This document shows positions 50,001 through 62,304 of a DNA stretch of 64,000 bases, piece by piece (the first letter of the stretch is position 1; each line of letters begins with the position of its first letter). The notes under the pieces were generated by a model that was not told the DNA's origin, did not search any database, and saw only the letters and a list, made by a program, of their open reading frames with translations. The stretch is taken from contig NC_082728.1 in NCBI RefSeq assembly GCF_030144855.1, positions 7,688,001 through 7,752,000 of the forward strand, given 5' to 3'. Position numbers and translations under genes: made by a program. The DNA is from Hypanus sabinus (lineage: Eukaryota).

Positions 50001-51144
50001 GCCTTAAAGTTATCACAACTCAGGATTTCCGGAATTTTTTGCAACAGTGCAATGTTTTGTAATTCAATTTTGAAGGAAGTTTGTCCTAATCATTGGGTTG
50101 TGGCTATTTCATTAAACATGAGTTAGATCTAACTGGAAGGCTGTAGATCCTTCTCACAAAAGACTTTTTTTTTTCCACTTCCTTTTTTTAAATACAAAAC
50201 TACTTAACCAAGTTTGAGCCATTGTTTAGTATTGGCCATGCTGTTCCTTTAGTTTTGATCAAATCAAAACCCAAGTAGGTAAATCAAATGTTAACCCCTG
50301 CAGGCTCTCACACAAATCTAAAATTTAATGTGCTTTAACTTCAATAACAAAAAGCAGTGCAGTGGAATAACTCAGTGGGTCAGACATAATCTGTGGATGC
50401 AGAGGGTGGAAGTGGATGTTTTGTGCCCAGACCCTGCATGAGGACTTGTTCCTGATTCCAACATCTGTAGATTTTTTTCCTCTGTGTGTTTTTGCTTGCA
50501 ACAAAGAGAATAATGGAGATTTTGTAATGAGGCAAAGCACAGACACCAAGTCCTGTGTAACATTTGTAGTGTTGCATATTCATGACATCTTTCAGAGATG
50601 TCTCTGTGCATTTTTAAAAATCAATCTCGGAAGTTTGGATTTTAATTCACCTCATCACGATAAAGGGCCATAATGCACACATTTTAAGAATATGAAGTAG
50701 ACCAAGGAAGTGTTTAATGTGGTGGCAAGGGTTTAAATGTTTCAAACCACATAGTATGATGGCTTCTCCTGCTGAGCAGAGAGTTTCATCGTCTCTCCGG
50801 AGCAATGGGTGAAACTGCACTCCCTGAAGCTGCTGCGTGATTATTTAATGATGTATCTCACTTCACAGCTTGGACTGTCGGCAATGAAAGGACTTGGGAA
50901 TACCGCCAGCCTCATTAAGCTATTTCAGTATGAAGCGGATAGTCCACTGCCGCCTGCTGTTCAAACAACAGCAGGATTCAGTGAAAGGAAACGGCAGCAG
51001 ATAGATGTAAAGCTGCTCTGATGTGGTCACAACTGACTGGACGGGAGCCAACACTTCTGTACCACAGTTTTACTCTTCTGGAGACGTTCTCTTTTGACAC
51101 GTTTCTCTGGAGACTCTAACAATATTAGCATTGTATTAAAAAAA

Positions 51145-51440
51145 GCCAAATTGCTGGGGCAACTCAGTGTGTCAGGTGGCATCTGTGGAGGCAAATTCCC
51201 CCCTTCATCTTCCTGTCATTCCTCCTCAGCAGGATCCACCTTTGGCTGGTCAGCACATGTTCCACACCTCACCTCACCTATTTATATCTTATCTCTCCCC
51301 TCCACTCTTTCAGTCCAGGTGAAGTGTCTTGCCAGAAACATCGAATGTCCCTTTTCCCACACAGATGCTGCCTGACTTGCCAAGTTCTTCCAGCTGTTTT
51401 CTTTTTACTCCAGATTCCAGCATCTACAGTCTCCTGCTCC
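51145..51440 (+). mobile_element. Penelope 3' UTR/hammerhead cassette preceded by an inverted tail piece
   Basis: CAGTCCAGGTGAAGTGTCTTGCCAGAAACATCG; reverse-oriented tail at about 51145-51192. Confidence 0.6.
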
Positions 51441-51744
51441 ATTAGCACATAGCTCCAGGGCTTAAGCGACTCAAGGCCAGCTTCTACCCCACTCTTATAA
51501 GACAATTGAAAGGTCCCCTAGTACAATAAAATGGTCTCTTAACCTTAAAATCCTTTTCAACACAGACCCACCTGGTGTCTGCCTGCAGTGCACTTTCTCT
51601 GTAACTGTAACACTTTTCTTTATATTCTGTTACTGATTTCTCCCCTGCACCACCCCAATGTACTAGTGTGATGAAATAATCTGTATGTATGACATGCAAA
51701 ATAAAGTTTTTCACTGTGTCTCAGTGCATGTAACAGAAACAGGA

Positions 51745-52821
51745 AAACAAAGATAATCCTGGAAACTACAGACCAGTGAGTCTCACGTCAGTGGAAGGGA
51801 AGTTACTGGAGAGAATTCTTGGGAAAAGGATTTATGAACATTTTGAAAATCCTGGCCTAATTAGGGAGAGCCATCATGGCTTTGCATAGGGAAGTCATGT
51901 CTTACCAACTTGATTGAGTTTTTGTTTTTACGAGGTGATGAGGGTAACTAATGAAACTAGAGCTATGGATGTTGTCTACATGGATTTTAGTAAGGTGTTT
52001 GACAAGGTCCCTCACAGGAGTCTTATCCAGAATATGAAGATGCATAGGATCAATGGTAAATCAGCCATTGATTTGCCTTTAGAAGACAGAGGGCAGTGGT
52101 TGACCGGACGTGTTCTAGTTGGAGGTCTGTGATTAGTGGTGCTCCACAGGGATCTGTACTGACACCTCTGATGCTTGCAATGTATATAAATGACCTGAAT
52201 GAAAATGTAGATGGGTGGGTTGGTAAATTTCCAGATGATATGAAGATTGGTGGTGTTGTGGATTGCGCGGAAGACCGGCAAATAATACTCTGGGATATAT
52301 TGTAGATCAGTTGCAGATATGGGTGGAAAAATGTCTTAGGAGTTAGTCCCAGACAAATATGAAGTGAAATGTGATGTAGGTCAAATTTAAAGAGACAGTA
52401 CATTGTTAAGGGCAAGACCTTTAACAGTGTTAAGGGACAAAGGGATCTTAGGGTCCATGTACATAGCTCCTTGAAGATGGTTAAGAAAGCATGCTCACCA
52501 TTATTAGTCTAGACATTGAGTTCAAAACCCCTGAAGTTATGTTGCAGCTTTATAAAACGCGAGTTAGACTGCATCTGGAGTACTGCATACTGGTTGCCCA
52601 ATTACAGAAAGGATGTCGAGGTTATGGGGAGAGTGCTGAAGAGGTGTACCAGGATGCTGCCTGGATTAGAGGGCATGTGCTGTAATAAGAGGTTGAACAA
52701 ACTTGGGTTGTTTTCTTTGTAGCAGCGGAGGCTGAGAAGAGATCTGATAGAAGTTGATAAGTTTATGACAGGATGAGAGGTGTAGATAGAGTAGACAGAT
52801 AGTAACTTTTTTCCCAGGGTT
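51745..52821 (+). mobile_element. Older CR1 RT region (continues at 54914-55040 and 59741-59915)
   Basis: YMDFSKVFDKVPH, SGAPQGSVL, FPDD; the sequence rejoins cleanly across the inserts. Confidence 0.85.
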
Positions 52822-54913
52822 CAGGCAGGAACCTGGAAGCATAAATTAGAAACAGGTGTTCTCATGGAAACGTATGGAAGAAATGTGGCAAATGTTCAGG
52901 GGATATTTGCATGGGGTTCTGTGTAGATATCCAATGAGACAGGTAGGGTACAGGAACCGTGGTGTACAAAGGCTGCTGTAAATCTAATCAAGAAGAAAAG
53001 AAGAGCTTATGAAAGGTTCAAAAAACTAGGTAATGATAGAGATTGTAAGGCTAGCAGGAAGGAGCTTAAGAATGAAATTAGGAGAGCCAGAAGGGGCCAT
53101 GAGAAGGCCTTGGCGGACAGGATTAAGGAAAACCCCAAGGCATTTTACAAGTATATGAAGAGCAAGAGGATAAGACATGAGAGAATAGGACCAATCAAGT
53201 GTGACAGTGGAAAAGTGTGTATGGAACCAGAGGAGATGGCAGAGGTACATAATGAATACTTTGCTTCGGTATTCACTATGGAAAAGCATCTTGACAATTG
53301 TTGGGATGAATTGCACCAGACTGAAAAGCTTGAGCATGTAAATATTAAGAAAGAGCTTGTGCTGGAGCTTTGGGAAAGCATCAAGTAGATAAGTCACCGG
53401 GACCAGATGAGATGTACCCCAGGCTACTGTGGGAGGCAAGAGAGGGGATTGCTGAGCCTCTGGCAATGATGCTTGTATCATCAATGGGAACAGTAGAGGT
53501 TCCGGAGGATTGGAGGGCTGCGGATGTTGTTCCCTTATTCAAGAAAGGGCGTTGAGATAGCCCAGGAAATTATAGACCAGTGAATCTTACTTCAGTGGTT
53601 GGTAAATTGATGAAGAAGATCCTGAGAGGCAGGATTTATGAACATTTGGAGAGGTATAATATGATTAGGAATAGTCAGCATAGCTTTGTCAAGTGCAGGT
53701 TGTGCCTTATGAGCCTGATTGAATTTTTTGAGGAGATAGAGCCGTAGATGTAGTGTATATGGATTTTAGCAAGGCATTTGATAAGGTACCCCATGGAAGG
53801 CTTTTTGAGAAAGTAAGGAGGTATGTGATCCATGGGGACATTGCTTTGTGGATCCAGAATTGGCTTGCCCACGAAAGACAAAGAGTGGTTGCAGATGGGT
53901 CATATTCTGCATGGAGGTTGGTGACCAGTGGAGTGCCTCAGGGATCTGTTCTGGGACCCCTACTCTTTGTGATTCCTATAAATGACCTGGATGAGGAAGT
54001 GGGAAGGATGGGTTAGTAAATCTGCTGATGACACAGGTGTTGTGGATAGCGTGGAAGGCTGTCGAAGGTTACAGTGGGACGTTGATAGGATGCAAAACTG
54101 GGCTGAGAAGTGGCAGATGGCGTTCAACCCAGATAAGTGTGAGTTGGTTTATTTTGGTAGGTCAAATATTATGGCAGAATATAGCATTAATGGCAAGACT
54201 CTTGGCAGTGTGGAGGATCAGAGGGATCTTGGGGTACAAGTCCATAGGACACTCAAAACTGCTATGCAGGTTAACTCTGTGGTTAAGAAGGCATATGGTG
54301 CATTGTCCTTCATCAATCGAGGGATTGAGTTTAAGAAACGAGAGGTAATGTTGCAGCTATATAGAACCCTGGTCAGACCCCACTTGGAGTACTGTGCTCA
54401 GTTCTGGTCGCCTCTCTACAGAAAGGATGTGGAAATCATAGAAAGGGTGCAGAGGAGATTTACAAGGGTGATGCCTGGATTGGTGAACATGCCTTATGAG
54501 AATAGGTTGAGTGAACTCGGCCTTTTCTCCTTGGAGTGACAGAGGATGAGAGGTGACCTGATCGAGGTGTACAAGATAATGAGAGCATTGATCACGTGGA
54601 TAGTCAGAGGCTTTTTCCCAGGGCTGAAATGACTAACATGAGAGGGCATAGTTTTAAGGTGCTTGGAAGTAGGTACAGTTGTCGGGTAAGTTTTTTACAC
54701 AGAGTGGGGAGTGCATGGAATGGGCTGCTGGCGGTGGTGATGGAGGTGATACAATAGGGTCTTTTAAGAGACTCCTGGATGGATACATGGAGCTTAGAAA
54801 AATATAGGGCTATGGGTAAGCCTAGGTACAGTAGTTCTAAGGTAAGGACATGTTCAGCATCGCTTTGTAGGCTGAAGGGCCTGTATTGTGCTGTAGATTT
54901 TCTGTGTTTCTAT
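52822..54913 (+). mobile_element. Younger 5'-truncated CR1, same subfamily as 36382-40426
   Basis: Collinear and highly similar to 38306-40426; inserted between CCCAGGGTT and GAAATGTC. Confidence 0.92.
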
Positions 54914-55040
54914 GAAATGTCTAATACCAGAGGGCATACATTGAGAGGGAGTAATTTCAAAGAAAATGTGAGGGCCAAGTTTTTTAAGCAGAGTCATGGG
55001 TGCCTGGAATGCGCTGGTGGAGTGGTGGTAAAGGTAGATA

Positions 55041-55107
55041 CAGTACTGTACAAAAGTCTTAGGCATGTATATATAGCTAGGGTGCCTAAGGCTTTAACAG
55101 AGAACTG
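55041..55107. mobile_element. 67-bp hairpin Tc1/mariner-type MITE
   Basis: TA-CAGTACTGTACAAAAGTCTTAGGCA...TGCCTAAGGCTTTAACAGAGAACTG-TA; partial inverted copy at 59714-59740. Confidence 0.75.
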
Positions 55108-55237
55108 TAATAATTTTAAGTATTGTACTGCACTGCTGCTGCAAAAAAAAATCATGAGATATGCGAATGATGATAAACCTGATTCTGATATGAGTCTCTG
55201 TTGTGGACTGAGAGTAGGAAGGGGGCAGGGAGAGGGG

Positions 55238-55470
55238 TGTGGTGAACTACATATAACTGTCTGGACACGCCCCCCCTGCTGACTGCTCCTGTGGCTCCTC
55301 CCACTGACTGTGGCTCCTCCCACAGACCCTGGTATAAAGGCAATTGGAGCCTGAGCCCTGCCCTCAGTCTCCAGGATGTAGTGTGGTGGTCAATTGCTGC
55401 TCGTTCTTTCTTCCAGCCAATAAAAGCTATATCTCGCCTCACATCTCGGAGAGTTATTGATGGTCCATCA
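55238..55470 (+). mobile_element. Solo LTR, 233 bp
   Basis: TG...CA ends; 5-bp TSD AGGGG; TATAAA at 55333; AATAAA at 55419. Confidence 0.88.
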
Positions 55471-55543
55471 AGGGGAATCATGGTTGGGAAAAGGGGAAGA
55501 AAGAGGGGAGGGAGCAGGAAGAACCAGAGAGACATTCTGTAAT

Positions 55544-58500
55544 TGTAATGAATGGATCTATTTCTTTTAGAGCGATGCCCCCCTTAGCACTAAGTATTGA
55601 CCTGTCGTCTGTGCATATGCATTGCTCTCTCTTGTTGCAATGTGAATACACTGGTTAAAGCTATCTCCCACATGCATGCTTTTACTAAATTGATATGTAG
55701 TTGTGCACAGACACAACAAATTGGCGATGAGTATGAACCTGAATGACAGAGAATATCATGAACTGCACAGACAGTTACGGGTTGAAACGGAGAGAAATAA
55801 ACAGCATGAGAAAACTGAAGGACGTGTGGGTAATAGTGAAAGACGTGGTGAATTTAAAGTGAAAATGACATGGCAATGGCTTCAGTCAGGAAAGTTGATG
55901 AATTTGATAATGAAGGCTGGGAATTGTATATCGAGAGGGTGGAACTGTATTGTAACGTGAACAATGTGGAGGAGCAAAAGATAGCCCCTTTACTTCTTAG
56001 CTTAATGGGTGCAAGGATATACAGTCTGTTATGCAAACTAGTAACCCCTGCAAAGCCACTAAGCAAGATGTTCAACAAAGTTGTTACAATTTTACAAAAT
56101 CACTGGAGCTCTAAACCGCTGGCAGTAGCTGAGAGATTTAGATTTTACAAAAGGAATCAGTCAAAAGATGAAAGCCTTTCTGAATATATTGCAGACTGCA
56201 CAAACTTTCCCAGTACTGTGACTTTAGAAATGGACTTCCTGATACATTAAGGAATAGGCTTGTATGTAATATGCATAGTCAAAGCACTCAAACAAAGCTA
56301 ATGGCGGAAAGAGACCTAACCTGAGAACGGGTATTGACCATTCCAATATCATTAGAGGCTGCAGCAGAACTACAGAAAGGGAGAGTAGAATGTGAAATGC
56401 ACAAAATGCCACTGGGTGGTGCAAAAAGCGAAAAATATGATTGATATGGCAAATCCTCCCATGATGCATGTTATGAACCCCAGTTTCAACACCTGGGACG
56501 TATGTGATGTACTGGAAACCTGTGTAACCACAAAGTATACTGCAGATGCTGTGGTCAAATCAATACATACAAACAAGCTGGATGAACTCAGCAGGTCAGG
56601 CAGCATCTGTTGAAATGAGCTGTCAATGTTTTGGGCCGAGTCCCTTCATCAGGACTAAAGAAGGAGGGGGCAGGGGCCCCATAAAGAAGGTAGGGGGAGG
56701 GTGGAAAACCAATCAGAGGAAAGATCAAGGGGTGGGGGAGGGGAAGCAGGGAGGGGATAGGCAGGAGAGGTAAAGAAGGAATGTAAGGGGAAAGCACTAT
56801 GGGTAGTAGAAGGCAGAATCATGAGAGAGGTGATAGGCAGCTAGAAGAGGAGACAGAGTGAAAGTGGGATGGGGGAAGGGAGAGGGAGGGAATTACCAGA
56901 AGTTGGAGAATTCGATGTTCATACCAAGGGGCTGGAGACTACCCAAATGGTATATGAGGTGTTGCTCCTCCAACCTGAGTTTGGCCTCATCATGGCAGTA
57001 GAGGAGGCCAGGTATGGACATATCCAAATGGGAACGTGAATCAGAGTTGAAGTGGGTGGCAACCGGGAGATCCTGTCTGTTGTTGCGGATGGAGTGGAGG
57101 TGCTCGACGAAACGGTCCTCCAATCTGCGTCCGGGTCTCATCGATGTAGAGGAAGCTGCACCGGGAGCACCGGATGCAATAGATTACCCGAACAGACTCA
57201 CAAGTGAAGTGTTGCTTCACCTGGAAGGACTGTTTGGGGCCCTGAATAGTGGTAAGCGAGGAGGTGTTGGGACAGATGTAGCACTTGCGTTTACTGGGAT
57301 AAGTACCAGGTGGGAGATCTGTGGGGAGGGACATGTGGACCAAGCAATCATGGAGGGAACGATCCCTGCGAAAAGCACAGAGGGGTAGAGAGGGAAAGAT
57401 GTCCTTAGTGGTGGGGTCCTGTTGAAGGTGGTGGAAGTTGCGGAGGATAATATGCTGGATCTGGAGGCTGGTGGGGTGGTAAGTGAGGTCAAGGGGAACA
57501 CAGTCCCTGTTGTGGTGATGGGAGGATGGGGTGAGGGCTGAAGTGCGGGAAATGGAGGAGATGCGGGTGAGGGCATCGTTGATGATGGCAAAAGGGAAAC
57601 CACGATTCTTAAAGAATTTTTTTAAGAGTTTTTCAAGAATGAAATCTCATATTTTGGACATATCCTTGACAAGCATGGCTTACATAAGTCACGAAAGAAA
57701 ACTGAAGTAGCGCTACAGGCACCCAAACCGGAAAACATATCACAACTTGGGCCTTGTAAACTACTACCGCTGGTTTCTCCCAAACATTGTTATGGTGCTG
57801 TATCCATTGAACACACTGTTACAGACAGGAGCAAAGTGGGAATGGTCAGAAAGATGTGAAAAAGCATTCAAGGAACCAGAGCCTATAACATCCGATGAAC
57901 TGCTCACCCCCATCACTCCCTGCCCATCAGACTAGCATGCAATGTGTCCCCTTATGGCATTGGTGCTATTTTGTCACACACTATGACAGATGGATCTGAC
58001 CGCCCAATTGCATTAGCTTCAAGATCACTGATGAGCGCAGAATGCAAATAGGCACAGATTGACCGAGAGGCCCTTAGTCTAGTATGGAGAATAAAGAAGT
58101 TCCACCACCATGATCTCTACGGACGAAAGCTTACACTAGTGCACATCACCAGCCCCTTGTGACGTTCAATCCCAGGAAGGGTATTCCAGTGACGACTGCT
58201 ACCTGGTTACAATATTGGGCACCTTTTCAAGGAGCCCACTCTTATGACATACAGAGTTCAAGGGTACCAAATAACACAGCAATGCTGATGACTTGTCACA
58301 TCTTCCACTGTTGGGAACTGAAGAAGAAAGGTATGCATACTGAGACCCAGCAGAAGTGTTCCACACAGCATTAGTGAATCAGTTGCCGGTAACAAATTCT
58401 GAAATACAAAGGGAAACATTGTCAAAAGTCTATGAAATGTCTATACAAGGTTGGCCAGCTCATGGTAACCCTATGTATCCAGAGTTCTCAGTGAGATGAG

Positions 58501-59705
58501 AGCAACTTTTAGTATGTCAAAAAATACTCGTGTTATGGTTCTCTCTAAACTGTGCACCAGTATGTTAGAAAATCTACGTAAAGGATCCCTGGGTACAGTA
58601 AAGATGAAAATCCTCACCCGGAGCTACATGTGGTGGCTGGGAATAGACAAATGGATTGTAAACTTGGCCAAAAGCTGTTTGGGATGGTTCAAAATGCACC
58701 CCTGCAGGCATTGTTACACTCACAAGAGTGATTATTTCACCATGACAAAGAGTATATATTGACTTTACTGGACCACTCATGGACTTCATGTTCCTGATTG
58801 GTGTGGGTGCTCATTCGAATTGACTGGAGGTTATATCAATAAAGTCAACCACCTCAGCAAAGATTGTCTCTGCTCTGAGGACTATCTTCACCAGAAATGG
58901 CTTACCAAGACAAATCATAAGTGACAATGGACCACAATAAATGTCAGAAGAATTGCAACTGTTCATGAAGAAAAATGGCATCAGACATTTCAAGTCACCC
59001 AGCAACAAATGGGTTAGCTGAAAAGTCTAACTAAACCTTCAAGAAGTTTATTAAAATGGTGGACAAGGAGAACATTTCTCTACAGCACAAGTTGGACATC
59101 TTCCTTTTTGTGTATCAGACCTCTATTCATGCAACAACAAATCAAACACCTGGAATGCTGTTCATGAGCAGGAATCTGAGATCTCGCATAGACCTCCTGA
59201 AACCAGATCTATGGAGGAAAGTACAGAATCAACAGTTCAGTCAGTTGCAAAGTGAAGTAGTAAGGAGCTATGAGATTGGACAGGAAGTCCAAGAAAACAA
59301 GTGGACACCCGGAAGGATTGCTACAAGAACTGGACCACTGATGTATGCAGTGGATGTTGGAGATCACACATGGAGACGTCATGTAGACTGAATGCTCAAC
59401 TGAAGAACACACCTGAGTTGATTGCATCCAAAAAGATGGACACATTACAGCCACCAGACTTACCTCTCAGTGATGATGTCACAGACAGCAGCATGACATT
59501 GGAAACCGAGAACGTTATCACTGACAAGACACCTTCCAAGCCCAGTGACACTCAACAGGTGCAGAGATGCTATCCTGAAAGAAACAGAGCGCCACCAAAA
59601 GACTGAATCTTTAGAACTGTGTAGGTATGGACTGTTATTGTGAAAGCATTGTTCTCTCTCTTACGCCTTGCAATGTGAATACTTCATTAAAGCCTTCTCC
59701 ACATT
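55544..59705 (+). mobile_element. Gypsy LTR retrotransposon, degenerate
   Basis: 5' LTR 55544-55718; primer-binding site TGGCGATGAG at 55722; gag WELYIERV...AERFRFYKRNQ; RT end, RNase H (ASRSL...IDREAL) and integrase (SDNGPQ, NGLAE); partial 3' LTR at about 59633-59705 resembles the 5' LTR. Confidence 0.9.
56520..57612 (-). mobile_element. Penelope-like element inside the Gypsy element
   Basis: KCYICP...FTCESVRVIYCIRCSRCSFLYIDETR; RLEDRFVEHL...PVATHFN...EEQHLI (GIY-YIG); hammerhead copy at about 56620-56657. Confidence 0.9.
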
Positions 59706-60199
59706 GACAAATACAGTACTGTGCAAAGTCTTAGGCACCCAAGGGACTTTAAGATACATTTGGACAGGCATGTGAATGTGACGAAACTGAGAGGATATGG
59801 ACATTGTGTTGGCAGAGGGGATTAGTTTAGGTGGCCATTTCATTGCTACTTTAATTGGTTCAGTACAACATTGTTGGCCTAAGGGTTGTTTCCTGTCATG
59901 TACTGTTCTATGCACTAATAAATCAAAATACCAGTTTAAAAAAGTAAAACACAGACACCGTTGTGCCGTCCATTGATGAAATTTAGGTTTAACTTTAACC
60001 CCTCTGCTCCAGGAATATACAATAGAGGAAGTCTCAGTTTAATGTCAGGTCCAAAAGACATCACAGTGTTGTCGGCCTCTAGGACTAGGTAATGATTTGT
60101 ACTCTCTGCGACTGTAACCTACTGACATACTGTAGAAATGAGATTACATCACAATGAGCCATGGCTGGCATAATTTTATAAAAACTGCAAATACTTTAA

Positions 60200-60965
60200 T
60201 AGACAATAGACAGTAGGTGCAGGAGTAGGCCATTCAGCCCTTCTAGCCAGCACCGCCTTTCACTGTGATCATGGCGGATCATACACAATCAGTACCCCGT
60301 TCCTGCTCTCTCTCCATATCCCTTGACCCCACTATCTATAAGATAGCCATTATATTTCTTATTGATTTTATTTCTTTTTTGGGGGGACAGAGGGAGTCAA
60401 GTGTGGGACTTGTCTCATTTAGCTTGTGATCTCACTCACTTAAGACCTTAAGACATAGCAGAAATTAGACCACCTGGCCCATCGAGTCCAATCATGGCCG
60501 ATCCAATTTTTTCCCTCCTGGGCCCCACTCCCTTTGATGCCAGGTCCAATCAAGAACCTACCAAGCTCTGCCTTAAATACACCCAACGACCTGGCCTCCA
60601 CAGCTGCCTGTGGTAAAAAAATTCCACAATTTCAACACCCTCTGGGTTAAGAAATTTCTCCACATCTCTGTTTTAAATTATCATCCCTCTTATTCAGAGG
60701 CTGTGCCCTCTTGTCCTGGACTCCCCCATCATAGGAAACATCCTTACCATGTCTACTCTGTCTAGGCCTTTCAACATTCGAAAGGTTTCAATGAGATCCC
60801 CCCTCAACCAACTGAATTCCAGTGAGTACAGACCCAGAGCCATCAAACGTTCCTCGTATGATAACCCTCACAGTCCCAGAATCATCCTTGTGAACCTCCT
60901 CTGAAACCTCTCCAATACCAGCACATCTCTTCTTAGATGAGGAGCCCAAAACTGTTCACAGTACT
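60200..60965 (-). mobile_element. CR1 3' fragments
   Basis: (AATAGAC)n and (CTTAAGAC)n tails with the CR1 ORF2 C-terminus. Confidence 0.8.
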
Positions 60966-61056
60966 CTGCTCCTGTGTTGTATGGTCTTATAGTCTAAATG
61001 ATTTTGCTTGATTGATTTGTATGCTCTGTCCTGTTCAGTTTCTACATTCATTTCAG

Positions 61057-61264
61057 ATGTTGTGCGGTAAGACATCGTGCGGCAGGAAAGCACTGACACT
61101 TCTGAGCAGTGTGTTTGCCGTGTGTGGCCTGGGCCTCCTTGGGGTTGCCGTTAGCACAGACTACTGGTTATACCTTGAGGAAGGAGTCATTTCCCCCCAA
61201 AACATGACAACAGAAGTCAAGATGTCTCTGCACTCTGGCCTGTGGAGAGTCTGCTTTCTAGCAG
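61057..61264 (+). CDS. CACNG5: Voltage-dependent calcium channel gamma-5 subunit (TARP gamma-5), first coding exon
   Basis: MLCGKTSCGRKALTLLSSVFAVCGLGLLGVAVSTDYWLYLEEG...SLHSGLWRVCFLAG; TTTCAG acceptor; G|GTACAT donor, phase 1; claudin-family GLW motif. Confidence 0.95.
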
Positions 61265-62304
61265 GTACATTATTGTCCCAGTTTTGATTTTGTTGTTTAA
61301 GAATTAAAACTGATTGATAAAGGGGAAAATATGTGAGTTGTTCTACTCAGAACTGGTTTATTTTTGGCTTTTCAGGTATTGAATATCCTGTGAATTTCTG
61401 ACATTTTGTTTTCATTTCATGTCTGTTTACAAAAGTGCTGAGAGAATGGTCTAGGCTACATAACCTGTCCTTGTGTGGGTTAAGAGGCATGATTACTGAT
61501 TGAAGTCAGTCCTGGTGCCTCTCTACAGGCAACAGACTTGTGCAAAGGCTAGAATGCTGGGTTGTTTGCCTCGTCAACATCGATGAAGTATGTCACGGGA
61601 GAGGAGAATTAAAGAAGAAAAAGAATTACATTTAGTACCATTCACACTATATTATCATGTAGTCAACAAAATACTTCTGAAAGGTAATCAATTAGAGCCA
61701 ACTGTGAATGATCATAGGGTAACTGTGTCCCACTTCTCCTGGTGGACATAGAGTTTATGGTCACACATTATAGATGGAGGTCCTTTGGCCCAGAAAGACC
61801 ATGCTAACCATGGTGCACATCCACCTAGCTTGTGCATAATTGTCCATTGGACCTCCTTGAGCATAGTTGATCCATAAATTACATATTTAAGAGGGCCAGT
61901 GCCTGGAGACACCTGTAAAAGGGCTGCCTCAATATTTAAAAATGTGACCTCAATCATGCAGCTTGGTAGAAAGCTTGTACTGCTAAAATACTGGTTACCC
62001 TCAGCACCTTTGCACTCCAAAGTAGCTGAAGTGGAAGGTCATCATTCCAAGATTGGACGATGATCTCCTTACAATAAAAGGGTGTAAAAATTGGGCCATT
62101 CAGTATTCAAGCCTCTGCTTCCATTTGGTAATATCATGGCTGACAATTGACAGCAGCTGTACTTCTCTCCTCCCCCGTCTCCACATCCTTCAAATCTCAC
62201 TAGGCAGCTGTTTGGATTCTGGTTTTTCATGACTGGACTCAAAAGGATTAGCTCAGTATATGTTTTACTGCAGAAATTATTGCCGCAAATACAATTTGCT
62301 TTTT

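Noticed and set aside
55870-56250. Gag ORF as a domesticated host gene
   Set aside because: Frameshifted and embedded in a decayed provirus with LTRs
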